NCBI GenBank assembly: GCA_963707985.1
Contig: CAVPRW010000025.1
Span: 96,001 to 160,000 of the forward strand
Length of the DNA stretch: 64,000 nt
Direction of reading: 5' to 3'
DNA from: an uncultured Nitrospinota bacterium
Lineage (GTDB): Bacteria; Tectomicrobia; Entotheonellia; J063; CAVPRW01
Position numbers and translations under genes: made by a program. The notes beneath the pieces are model-generated. The model saw only the letters and a list, made by a program, of their open reading frames with translations, was not told where the DNA came from and made no database searches. This document shows, one piece after another, positions 49,701 to 60,282 of this stretch (positions are counted from its first letter, which is position 1; the number at the start of each line of letters is the position of its first letter).

Positions 49701-51944
49701 ACTACTTACGGGTATCTGAAGGAGATATCTGCAGATTTACATCAACGATTACCAGACACTACCAAATATTTCTTTGGAGCGATTCATAGAATAGTCAAAC
49801 AATTTGGGGGAATTGGCCAAATCGTTCCAAATGTATTACTATATTCCTATGAATATGAAAATTGGCGGAATCTACTCTTAGAACATTACACACTTTATGA
49901 CATCATCAACCTTGGCGAGGGTGTATTCGATGATGGAACAGCCCCGTGCTGTGTGATAACCGCTGAAAAATCAGCCGTGCGTCCTGACAATGTTGTTCGC
50001 ATTTGGGAGTTGCGGTACATACAAAGGGTTTTGCTCCCACAACTTCCGAAAGAATATGTGGTTGAAGTCAGTCAGGAACAATTTAAACAACTTCCTAATC
50101 ACATCTTCGTGAGTGATATATTTGGAACACAACTGTTGCCACAGATTTATAAACTCTCTGACGAAGTAAGAAAATTGGCTTCAAGTATTTCCCTTGGTGT
50201 ACATACTGGAGCGAATGAGGCATATATCCTGAGCTCTAAGATAGCTGAAGAACACGATATCGAGTTAGATGCTCGATGGAAATTACTTACTGGTAGTGAC
50301 ATAGATCGATATTATACGGAACAATTCCCGCCTCATGAGATACTATTTGTTGGCTGGGACTTCGACGCGAGATCTCACCCCAATACCATACGTTATCTTG
50401 AAAACTTTAAGACAAAGCTTTCACAAAGGCGTGAAGCAAAACAGGGGAAAATGTCATGGTTTGCGCTCCATTGGCCCAGATATATCGAGTTGTATGATTC
50501 ACCCAAAATAATGTGTCGTCAAACAGCCGACACCCTTATTGCCACTGTAGATACATACAATTACTGTGCACTGAATAGCACGATCATCATAAAGCCTGAT
50601 TCTAATGATTACTCACCTTATTTCTGGATAGCAATTCTTAATTCACGATTGCAATCTTACCTATATAACTTATTCGCACAAGAAGAAGATAGAGCTTTTG
50701 CCGAGGTAAAGCCTGCCAACTTACGAAAACTCCCTATACGCCGCATCACTTTCACAACTTCAGTTAATGAGCGCGAACAGCTGACACGCGAAGCCATTGG
50801 CGCGTCTGACATCGGCGATCACGCAGGCGTGATCGAGCGCGTGCAGGCCGCCCTCAATGCGAACAAGACCGATATGGTTCACGATCTGCTGGCGCATCTG
50901 GCCCAGCGCATGATCAATCTTAACAAACAGCAACATGGCGAGGTCAAACGCTTTTTGGACTGGCTTGAGAAACGGTTCCAAATCCGGCCAGATAAGAACG
51001 GCGCGGCGGGCATCGACAGCTTAACCGGTAAGACAATCCTTCAGGGCTACTTGGGCGATTATCAGAAAGGCAAGGACGAACTCCCGTGGCGCGAATTCTA
51101 CTACCGCCTGTACCAGAACCGCAACCGCTTCGCCGTCTCGCTGAGCGATGTGGAGGGCGAAATCCAGCGCGAGTATGAAAATTCTCTCGCGACGCTCATC
51201 CCCATCAAGCGCGACCTCGCCCGCACGGATGCGCTCATCGACAAGATCGTGTACCGCCTCTACGGGTTGACGGACGAAGAGATCGAACTCATCGAACGTC
51301 CGCAGTACGAGCAGGCCCTCGCGGACGCCAAAGCGCAGGTCGTCGCGGACGAGGCGATCACGGACGATGAGGAGAAGATCGAGAAGATCGCGGAAGGCAT
51401 CCTGCCCGCCGCCCGTCGCTTCTTCGACCGCGTCGAACCTACCTCCGTCGAAGGACGGCTCGACAGCGAGCTTCCCAACTGGCGCAGTCTGCCGCCAGAT
51501 GCGCCCACCTTCCTGCTCACGGGCGATTACAACCTGCAAACCCTCCCCGATCACATGGACTTCTCGACGAGTATCATCCCGTATACAAAGGCCGTGGAAG
51601 TCGTCTTGAGCCAGTTGATTTTTATCCCGTTCCGTCAGCAGTACACCGACGCGGATTGCACGAACGACTTCCTGAAGAAGTTCATGCGCGGCGAGAAAGA
51701 CCTGACGCTCGGCAGCTTTATGATTATCCTCAGTAGCAGCCGGGAAACTGCCCTGCGGAACTTCATCAGTCGCATGTATGCCGACGCGGCGACGCGCGTG
51801 TTCGGGGATCAGGGACTGGTTATTATCCTGAACGATGAGGAGATGCGCGACGTCCGCAACAAAGCGGCCCATGATGAGGTCCTCAGCCGTGAGGAGGCAC
51901 AACAAACGCGGTCGTGGGCCATGAAAATATTGGGGCACGTATAG
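46780..51944 (+). CDS. large Type IIG/Eco57I-like N6-adenine DNA methyltransferase with TRD and a C-terminal HEPN-like domain; interrupted near 47490 and 48895
   Basis: WVIVTNGKLWRLY, YNGGLF, LGSIYEGLL, GSYYTPDYIV, YGVDLNAMAVELAKVSLWL, FHWELEFPEVF, FDTVVGNPPW, IDKIVYRLYGLTDEEI across three consecutive ORFs. Confidence 0.9.
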
Positions 51945-51986
51945 ACCACCCCGCGTGTGAGACTCTTGCATAGGGATGATGAACGT

Positions 51987-52303
51987 ATGAACAAGCAGTA
52001 TGTTGAGCACAGAGAGGATGTTTACTGGGTCACTGGAACGCGCGTGTCCCTCGACTCCATCGTTTACGCCTTTTTGGAGGGGCAGACGGCGGAGAGCATC
52101 GCCCAGTCCTTTCCTGTTCTGACATTGGAACAGGTGTACGGCGCGATCACCTTTTATCTCGCCAATCGTCTGACATTGACGCCTATTTGCGGCGCGAGGA
52201 GGCGGAGTTTGAAGCGTTGCGCCAGGCCTGGCGCACGCAAGACGCGATGTTTTATCAGAAAATGGCCGATGCCCGACGCCAGAAACAGGCCAAACAAGCA
52301 TGA
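51987..52303 (+). CDS. DUF433 antitoxin, frameshifted near 52170
   Basis: GTRVSLDSIV..F..G...ESIA..FP.LTLEQVYGAITFYL; the alternate frame ends with an ATGA overlap on the next gene. Confidence 0.85.
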
Positions 52304-52650
52304 CCGTGCGGTTTCAGGCCGACGCCAATCTGAACCAGATTATCCTCTTAGCCGCGCGACGACGGGAACCAGCGCTAGATTTTCAAACAGCTTTGCAGGC
52401 TGAGCTCTCGGGTGTGAACGATCCGGAAGTCTTGGCGCGCGCAGCACGCGAGGGGCGGATCCTTGTGACGCACGACCGGAAAACGATGCCCCGACATTTT
52501 TATGCGTTCATCACCACGGTCACCAGTGCAGGAGTATTGATTGTCCCTCAACATCTTCCGGTCGCTGCTGCGGTCGACGACCTCCTGTTGATCTGGCATA
52601 CTACCGAGGCTGAGGAATGGATCAACCAAATCCGCTCCCTGCCGCTTTGA
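52300..52650 (+). CDS. DUF5615 PIN-like (Mut7-C/VapC45-type) toxin
   Basis: RFQADANL, DPEVL..AA.EGRILVTHD; canonical partner of DUF433. Confidence 0.88.
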   Translation: MTVRFQADANLNQIILLAARRREPALDFQTALQAELSGVNDPEVLARAAREGRILVTHDRKTMPRHFYAFITTVTSAGVLIVPQHLPVAAAVDDLLLIWHTTEAEEWINQIRSLPL

Positions 52651-52683
52651 CGTGCCGGTGGAGTCCCATACACATTGGTTACA

Positions 52684-52887
52684 GCGCGAATCCCCTACGT
52701 AATTGACAACATTGCAAACCGCCTCGCTGACGTGCTGAATAACCTGCTGCAGCGCGAACAGGGTCAGCAGGTCGATATCGCGACGGCGTATTTCAGCATC
52801 CGCGGCTTTGAGCTACTACGGAATGCTTTGCCTGGAGTGCGGCATTTTCGGCTGCTGTTGGGGGATAAACTGCTCGAAGGCGAGGAG
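52684..52887 (+). pseudogene. diverged duplicate of the first ~67 codons of the PLD-helicase gene
   Basis: RIPYVIDN..RLADVLN.LLQREQGQQVDIATAYFSIRGFELLRN.LP.VRH.RLLLGDK.LEGE matches 53880-54085. Confidence 0.9.
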
Positions 52888-52894
52888 AACCGCG

Positions 52895-53116
52895 ATGACC
52901 ATTGCGGAGATTTTACAACAGGCCAAGGCCTTGAGCGTGCAAGAGCGCAAAGAATTGGTCAAGTTGCTGATCGATTCGCTAGATGTGCCTGAAGCAGTAC
53001 CGCGTGAGCAGCGGCGCTTATCTGAACTGCGCGGGCTGGGCAAAGAAATCTGGGGAGGCATTGACGCACAGGACTACGTAAATCAGCTTCGCAGCGAATG
53101 GGACGAACGTCCGTGA
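52895..53116 (+). CDS. putative antitoxin
   Basis: GAGGAG RBS; ELRGLGKEIW.GIDAQDYVNQLRSEW; GTGA overlap with the PIN gene. Confidence 0.8.
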   Translation: MTIAEILQQAKALSVQERKELVKLLIDSLDVPEAVPREQRRLSELRGLGKEIWGGIDAQDYVNQLRSEWDERP

Positions 53117-53574
53117 AAATTCGCGATGCGCTAGAAGGAGTCCAACGGCTGTACACTGAAACTGCACCGCTGATTTACTATGTCGAAGAAAACCCAGCTT
53201 ACGTATCGAGGATGGATGCCATTATTGCAGCGATTGAAGATAGGCCGATTGAGGCGGTTAGCTCGGTGATTACACTGACGGAAGTTCTGACGCATCCTCT
53301 ACAGCTGGGCAACGCCAGGCTCGTGCAAGAATACCGTGATATCTTGCTGAACAGCAGGAGATTTCGCTTGCTGCCGATCACCTCTCGAATTGCAGAGTCT
53401 GCCGCTGATTTGCGTGCCCGCTATAACCTTCGAACGCCGGATGCGCTTCATGTCGCGGCTGGTATGGATGCCAGGTGTGATGCCTTTCTGACCAACGATG
53501 AGGGCATCAAGCGCGTTACAGAGCTCGCCGTATTGGTGCTGGATGAAATGGAGCTCGACTCCCCAGAGGCATAG
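53113..53574 (+). CDS. vapC: PIN-domain (VapC-like) toxin
   Basis: LYTETAPLIY, SVITLTEVL, LRTPDALHVA, FLTND. Confidence 0.9.
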   Translation: MKIRDALEGVQRLYTETAPLIYYVEENPAYVSRMDAIIAAIEDRPIEAVSSVITLTEVLTHPLQLGNARLVQEYRDILLNSRRFRLLPITSRIAESAADLRARYNLRTPDALHVAAGMDARCDAFLTNDEGIKRVTELAVLVLDEMELDSPEA

Positions 53575-53652
53575 CATGAACCCTGCAACGCGGCCCTATG
53601 CATTTTCATAGGCCACAGACTTTCCGATGTGAATATTTGTGAGGTTATTGGC

Positions 53653-53841
53653 ATGAACGAGGAAAAACATTGGGGACAACAACTCCTGAAGCTGTTGGAT
53701 TCGCTAGATATGGATGGGTGGGACGCCTTGGGGATTGACGATCCGGTCGAGTGGGTGAAGGCAGTACGTCTGCAGGGTTTATCGCGTCTGGATGCTTATT
53801 GGAATGGTACTGAAGAAGATTCGGAAGAAGACAGTGTGTAG
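53653..53841 (+). CDS. small acidic protein resembling the upstream antitoxin (orphan)
   Basis: GAGG RBS; W..LGIDDPVEWVKAVR parallels W.GIDAQDYVNQLR. Confidence 0.55.
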   Translation: MNEEKHWGQQLLKLLDSLDMDGWDALGIDDPVEWVKAVRLQGLSRLDAYWNGTEEDSEEDSV

Positions 53842-53879
53842 TTTGCCTCGATTTCGCAATTCATCGGAGTTATGCGGCC

Positions 53880-56800
53880 GTGATCCGGATTCCCTACGTC
53901 ATTGATAACATGGCAATTCGCCTTGCGGATGTGCTGAATGATCTACTTCAGCGCGAACAGGGGCAACAGGTCGACATCGCGACGGCGTATTTCAGCATCC
54001 GCGGTTTTGAGCTACTTCGGAATACTCTGCCCGCAGTACGGCATCTCCGGCTGCTGTTGGGGGATAAACCGCTGGAAGGCGAAGATATTGGGTTGCGCCC
54101 AGATTCAGCGGCCTACCTGCGGCATGAGCTTAACGCCGAGCCATTCACGGAAGCCACCCTCCGGCTGGTCGAGGAGCTGATCCGATTTCTCCGTCGCGAT
54201 GATGTGGCTGCCCGGCTCTACCTGGGGCGTGATGGACACGAGAGCGGGCGGAGCTACTTCCTACACGCCAAATGTTACCTCTTCTACGGTGGACGCAGCA
54301 GTCAGACTGTCCTGCTCGATCATCTACATCCCGTCGTTGGCATCGTTGGCAGTAGTAATTTCACGGGGCCAGGACTCAGCAGCAACCGCGAGCTGAACCT
54401 CGTTCACAAAACAGTGCTGGAGGAAAGCGAGATCGACGACCCTGAAGCGCGGGGAGCGGTCAGCCATCACGCGGTCGACCGCTTGGACACCAAGTTCACC
54501 CCGGAGAACCAGCGTTTGCTCAAGAGTGAGGTCGGCGCACGGGCCATCATGGATTTATCGCGCTGGTACGAGGAGCAGTGGCAGCGTGCGATCGACTACA
54601 AAGAACAGCTCATCGAATTGCTGGAGAGCTCCAAATTCGGTGGGCGCGAGTACACGCCTTACGAGATTTACATGAAGGCGCTGTACGAATATTTTAAGGA
54701 CGATCTGGATAGCCATGTTGCCCAGCCGTCCACCCGTTCAGCCATTGATCTGGCCGAATTTCAGGAAGACGCGGTGCGCAAGGCCCGCCGCATCCTGGCG
54801 CAGTACGACGGCGTGATCGTGGCGGATTCCGTCGGTCTGGGGAAGACGTGGATCGGCAAGAAGCTGCTGGAAGATTATGCATACCACCTGCGGCAGAAGG
54901 CGCTGGTGATTTGCCCGGCGTCGCTGCGACCGATGTGGGAGAATGAACTGCGTAGTGCGGCGATCTCTGCGTATGTCATCACCCAGGAGCGCCTGGCCGT
55001 CGATGATTTCGACGCCCGTGAAGTGGCTGACGTGGATGTGATTCTCGTCGACGAAGCCCACAATTTCCGTAATAAGCGCGCCAAGCGCTATCTCCAACTC
55101 GAGAACATCCTCGCAGCCAATGGCCGCCGGGGGCGCGAGGGTGGACGCAAGAAGCTCATTCTGCTGACCGCCACACCCATCAACAACAACATTTTCGATC
55201 TCTACAACCAGATCAATCTGTTCACCGGCAATGACCGCACCTACTTCGCATCGGCGGGTATCGGCGACTTATACACTTACTTTTTGGCCGCTCGCCGGGA
55301 GTCCATCGAAGCAGGCAGTATTCGTATCTTCAACCTGCTCGAAGAAGTCGTGATCCGGCGGACACGCCAGTTCATCCGTCGTGCTTATCCGGAAGCCACC
55401 ATTCGTGGCAAGAAGATCACCTGGCCCAGCCGTCAGCTTCACACCATCGAATACGATCTGGAAGCCACTTACGAAGGCTTTTACAAGCACATTGTCCGTC
55501 AAATCGAAGCGCTCAACCTGGCGCACTACAGCCTGGAGAGCTACAAGCGATCCAAGCAGGAGCAGGACGACTTCGAGCTTGGGCGGCAGGTGGCGCTGGT
55601 GGGGATCTTCAAAAGTCGCTTCCTGAAGCGCTTGGAATCCAGCATCGAGGCGTTCCGCATCTCCATCCGCCGCGCCCTGGAATTCGTCAAAGACATTTGC
55701 GGAGTATGTGCAAGACGGCATCATCCTCGATGCGGCATCGTTCAGGATGGCCATGCGCCTGCTGGAAAACGACGATGAAGATACGGAGGATGCCACCCCA
55801 AGCTCACTCGCCACAGCGATGGATGATAACGCTGAGGCACGCCAGATCATCGATGCGCTTCCCCGTCTCGATGCGGGCAAGTACGACCGGCGCAGGCTGC
55901 ACCGGGCTCTGCAAGAGGACATCGACGCGCTGACGGAAATCTGGCACGACATCAAAGACATCAGCGTCACACACGACGCCAAGCTCCAGCAGCTCAAATC
56001 CCTACTTGAAACCGATCTGCATGGGCAAAAAGTCATTATCTTCACGTACTACAAAGACACCGCTCGCTACCTCTACCAGGTCTTGATGAGCGACGACAAC
56101 GCCGCCTGGCGTGGAGGGTATCGGCAATCCGTACATTCGACGGATCGACAGCACGGTGCGACCGCCTGATCGCGCTCGCGCCATCGAAAACTTTGCCCCA
56201 GTGGCCAATGGGTATCCTGAGATCGCCGGCACAGACCAGGAAATTGACATCCTGGTTTCGACCGATGTGCTTTCAGAGGGGCAAAACCTGCAAGACTGTG
56301 GCTATCTGATCAACTACGACCTGCACTGGAATCCGACTCGGATGGTGCAGCGGGCTGGGCGGATCGACCGCCTTGGCTCAGCATTCGATGTCCTGCACAT
56401 CTACAACATGTTCCCCGAACGGGCGTTGGAAGCGCTCCTCGGTCTGGTGCGAAGTCTAACGGCGAAGATTGAGATGATCAATCAGACGGGGTTCTTGGAT
56501 GCCAGCGTCCTCGGCGAGGTGGTCACGCCGCGCGATTTCAACACGCTCAAGCGCATCGCCGACGAAGATAATTCGGTGATCGAGGAACAGGAGTCTTTTC
56601 TCGAACTGGCCAGCAGTGAGGTGCTCCTCGCGGAATTGCAGAAGGTGTTGAGTACCGATGCCCAGCGCTGGCTGACTGATCTCGATGATGGTATTCATTC
56701 GGGACTGGAACGACGCGACACCAAGGGGATATTTTTCTATTTCACCGCGCCGCGAGACAGTGGACGCGCCCATTTCTGGCGCTACTATGATCTGGAAACA

Positions 56801-57295
56801 CGTAAGATCATCGACAATCGGTATCACATCATGCAGATGATCGCCTGCAGCCCTGATACGCCACGTTTCCCACCCCCCTATCAGGAGGTCGATATGTGTT
56901 CGAGATCCAGGATAAAGTCATCGAGAGCATTCATGGGCGATGTTGAACAGCAAGAAGCCGCGGCGATTGTCAATAAGCCCGTCGCTGAGGAACAGGCGTT
57001 GGTGGCTCAGGTGCTACAGGGCCATCTGAACCATCCCGAGATGGACCGTCAGGAGCTTCGGGAGCTGCGGAAATTTCTGAGGCAGCCGTTGGTTGGGGCG
57101 TCGGTTCAGCAGTTACGCAACGCCATACAACGCTACAGCAGCACGAACGACATCCAGGTGTTGATTGAGACCGTTCGAGCCTTGTATCAGCACCAGGGAG
57201 CAGGTTCTTCCCAGGAGTCTCCTACCGAAAAGCCTGTGAGCAAAATCAGACGAGAAGACCTCAAGCTGATCTGTTATGAATACATTTATGCCTAA
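53880..57295 (+). CDS. PLD-nuclease + SNF2/SF2 helicase; frameshifts near 55690 and 56115
   Basis: IATAYFS, LHAKCY and VGSSNFT...NRELN (PLD); ADSVGLGKT, DEAHNFRN, LTATPINN; TDVLSEGQNLQD, WNPTRMVQRAGRIDR. Confidence 0.9.
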
Positions 57296-57422
57296 CGGCC
57301 AGTGGCGACGGTAGTCGCGCATGTCCGACAACAAATCCCACCCTGCATCTCTACTGGACTTCAGTGGCGAGGGGCAGGTGTCCCACCCAGAAATGCCTGA
57401 CCGATGCGCGAAGCCTTTTAGC

Positions 57423-57451
57423 TTGTACTAGGCACAAGGCTTTGCCATAAT
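57423..57451 (+). promoter_or_regulatory. possible sigma70 promoter of the reductase genes
   Basis: TTGTAC-17 nt-CATAAT with a TG extension. Confidence 0.45.
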
Positions 57452-57536
57452 GGTCCCGGCCCTGATTTTTCGTGGATCTTGGATACAAGGCCTGGAAGAC
57501 GTGTTATTGGCGGCACAGTGTTCTGGAGAAGGTCAC

Positions 57537-58844
57537 ATGGCTGATGACAGAGGCTCCTTCGACCTCGAAGTCGGCGTGTTCCCGCTGCAACGGCTGGTGT
57601 TTGCTTCGCAAACCCATTATCAAAACGGTACCCTGGGGATTAATCGAGCCTCCCTCCTGAACGCTATCGCCGAGCCGCGTGTGATCGCCGACATCGAGAT
57701 TCATCTGGCACATCCGGGCGAGTCCTGTCGGATTGTCCATGTGCTGGACGCCGTGCCGGTGATGGCGAAGGTCGAAGGGCGCTCGACGGTGTTTCCAGGC
57801 TTTTTCGGCCCTGCCATCCCTGCTGGTGATGGCCGCAATCACCGCCTTCGCGGCGCCGCTGTGCTGGTCTGTGGCACCTTTCCCGATCCCACCAGCGGTG
57901 CGCTCTCCCCGGCAGAAGTGATCATCGATATGAGCGGACCGGCGGCCCCTTACTGCGCCTTTTCCGACACCGCGAATGTGGTCCTGGTGTGTCATCCGGC
58001 ACCGCGGATCACCAATGCCGAATTCGATGCCGCGTTACACCGCGCCAAGTTGAAAGCAGCCGTCTACCTGGCGCGTGCCACTGCGTCGATCGAGCCCCCG
58101 GAACGAGAGCGCTATCATCTGTCGGCGGTGGATCCGGCGCTGCCACGCGTGGTCTACGTGAACCTGCTCCACCAGCAAGGCTTGATGGCCCAGACGTTTC
58201 TCTACGCAATGCCTACCCAGGGTATGGAGCCAACGATCCTGCATCCCAACGAGATGCTTGATGGCGCCCTGGTGAATGGCAATTACCGTGCGCCTGGGCG
58301 GGGGATTACCGCGGCCCATTGCGATAACTCTGTCGTGCGAGAGCTGTACCACCGTCATGGCAACGAGGTGAATTTCTTGGGCGTGGTGGTCGGCCGCGGC
58401 TGGCAAGATACGCAATTCCTCAAAGAGCGTCAGGGCTGGATGATGGCGCGGGTAGCCCGACTGATGGGGGCGCAAATCGCCATCGTGTCGGCCGATATGA
58501 GCGGCACGGGCGGCAACAACACCATTGACTTCATGCAAACCGTCAAAGCCTGCGAGCACATGGGCTTACGAACGGTAGCAATTCTCCAGGAATCGGGCAA
58601 TCCGGATGGCACGGATCCCACCCTGGTCGATTATGTGCCTGAAGCCGATGCCCTCGTCAGTGTTGGTGGTGTCGGCTGGCATGCTCCCATGGCACCAGCA
58701 GTGGATCGCGTCATCGGTGGTCCAACGGTGCAGCCCAGCATTGCCCAGGATCCGCTCGACGCCTTCGGTCCCTTACAGGTCGACTCCTGGTATGGTGCCA
58801 TCTGGAAACGCTCCGAGCTGGGGCTGTCGGCGGTAGACGCCTAG
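57537..58844 (+). CDS. glycine/sarcosine/betaine reductase component B subunit (GrdE/GrdG/GrdI family)
   Basis: AHPGESCRI..V.D, IIDMSGP.A.Y, LPRVVYV, PTILHPNEMLDGALV.GN, DALVSVG. Confidence 0.85.
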   Translation: MADDRGSFDLEVGVFPLQRLVFASQTHYQNGTLGINRASLLNAIAEPRVIADIEIHLAHPGESCRIVHVLDAVPVMAKVEGRSTVFPGFFGPAIPAGDGRNHRLRGAAVLVCGTFPDPTSGALSPAEVIIDMSGPAAPYCAFSDTANVVLVCHPAPRITNAEFDAALHRAKLKAAVYLARATASIEPPERERYHLSAVDPALPRVVYVNLLHQQGLMAQTFLYAMPTQGMEPTILHPNEMLDGALVNGNYRAPGRGITAAHCDNSVVRELYHRHGNEVNFLGVVVGRGWQDTQFLKERQGWMMARVARLMGAQIAIVSADMSGTGGNNTIDFMQTVKACEHMGLRTVAILQESGNPDGTDPTLVDYVPEADALVSVGGVGWHAPMAPAVDRVIGGPTVQPSIAQDPLDAFGPLQVDSWYGAIWKRSELGLSAVDA

Positions 58845-58873
58845 GACAGTCTTCTAGTCTTGCATCATAGGAG

Positions 58874-60212
58874 ATGATCGTGGCTGAGTTACTCCGCGTC
58901 CTCCATTACATCAATGCATTTTTCGGAGGTCTGGGCGGTGAGGAAGAAGCCCACACCGCTGTCAGCCTCCAGGACGGGGCGCTCGGGCCAGGAAGACTCC
59001 TGGAGCAGATCCTGGCCGATGAAGGGCAGGTGATTGCCACGGTCATGTGCGGCGATGGCTACTTCAGTGAGCACGAAGAAGCGGTGGTGGCGCAGGTCCA
59101 GGGCTACTTGCGAGACCTGCAGCCGGATATTTTTCTTGCCGGCCCAGCCTTTCGCTCCGGGCGTTATGGTCTGGCTTGTGGGCGACTTTGCCTGGAAGCC
59201 GAACGCCTGGGGATCCCAGCAATCACCGGGATGCATGAAGAAAACCCTGGGAGTGACCTCTACCGCCCGCATCACCTCTACATCATCGCTACGGCCACCA
59301 GCGCCGTCGGGATGCAACCGGCGCTGCAACGTATGGTCGCGCTGGCAATGAAGCGTCGGCGTGGGCTGCCGCTGGGCTCAGCCACGGAAGAAGGCTTCCT
59401 CCCACGCGCCGTCCGCCGCACGGTGCGAACAGGCACACCGGCAGCCGCACGGGCCGTGGACATGGCGTTGAAGAAATGGCGTGGCGAACCGTATACGCAG
59501 TGAGCTCACCGTTGAGACCTTCGAGGTCATCCAACCGCCTCCGCCGCTGAGCGATCCCAGTAAGATGCTGTTCGCGCTGGTCACGGAGTCGGGCTTGGTC
59601 CCCAGGGGTAACCCCGATCGCTTGCCCTCCGCCACCGCGACGCACTGGGCCAGGTATTCCATCTCCGGGATGGATCGGCTGGTGCCGGGCGAGTGGGACG
59701 GCGTGCACGGGGGGTACGACAATAGTGCAGCATTGCAAGATCCCAACCGTGTGGTGCCGCTCGATGCAGTCCGTGCGCTGGAACGTGAGGGAATGATTGG
59801 CCAGCTGCTTGACGAGTTGTTTGTCACCGTGGGGAATCTCGGCAGCTTGAATGCCATGAAACGCATCGGCGCGGAGATCGCCAACACGCTGCTACAGCGC
59901 GGGGTGGGCGCTGTCATCCTGCCGGCCACGTGAGGCACCGGCACTCGTAGCGGGGCTACGATCGCCAAGGAGTGTGAACGTGTCGGTATCCCCACCGTGT
60001 TAGCCACCTGCTTGTATACGGTCGCCACACGCGTGGGAGCGAATCGCATCGTGCGCGGCGGGAAGTTTCACCATCCGTTCGGCAACCCCGATATTCCGCC
60101 AGCGGATGAATATGCGTTTCGGCGTGCCTTCGTGGAGCGGACTATTCGGGCGCTGTGCACGCCGGTGCAGCAGCCGACGGTCTTCGATGTGGAGACCTCG
60201 GTGGTGGCCTGA
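58874..60212 (+). CDS. glycine/betaine/sarcosine reductase selenoprotein B (GrdB/F/H family); frameshift near 59495, Sec UGA at 59931-59933
   Basis: HYINAFFGG.GGEE.A, CGD.YF, AGPAF..GRYG.ACG, HGGYD, DPNRVVPLD; homology continues past the TGA (GT.TR.GAT..KE.ER.GIP, VGANRIV, HP.GNP). Confidence 0.88.
59934..59968 (+). promoter_or_regulatory. bacterial SECIS-like hairpin
   Basis: CGTAGC-GGG-GCTACG stem-loop starting 12 nt after the in-frame TGA, with a G-containing apical loop. Confidence 0.7.
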
Positions 60213-60282
60213 AGAGGGAAGCGACCCATCGTTGGGCCAGTGGGGAGTTGGGTGCAGATCATCGTTCGAGAGGAGAACAGCG

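Noticed and set aside
51021..52301. 426-aa minus-strand ORF
   Set aside because: Antisense to the methylase C-terminus and DUF433; no recognisable domain.
46780..57295. Calling the locus DISARM or BREX
   Set aside because: No DUF1998/DrmB, DrmA, PglZ or BrxC-like genes are visible in the window.
59501..59503. TGA ending ORF 58874-59503 as a second selenocysteine
   Set aside because: Family homology continues in a different frame (SELTVETFE), so this is a frameshift, not read-through.
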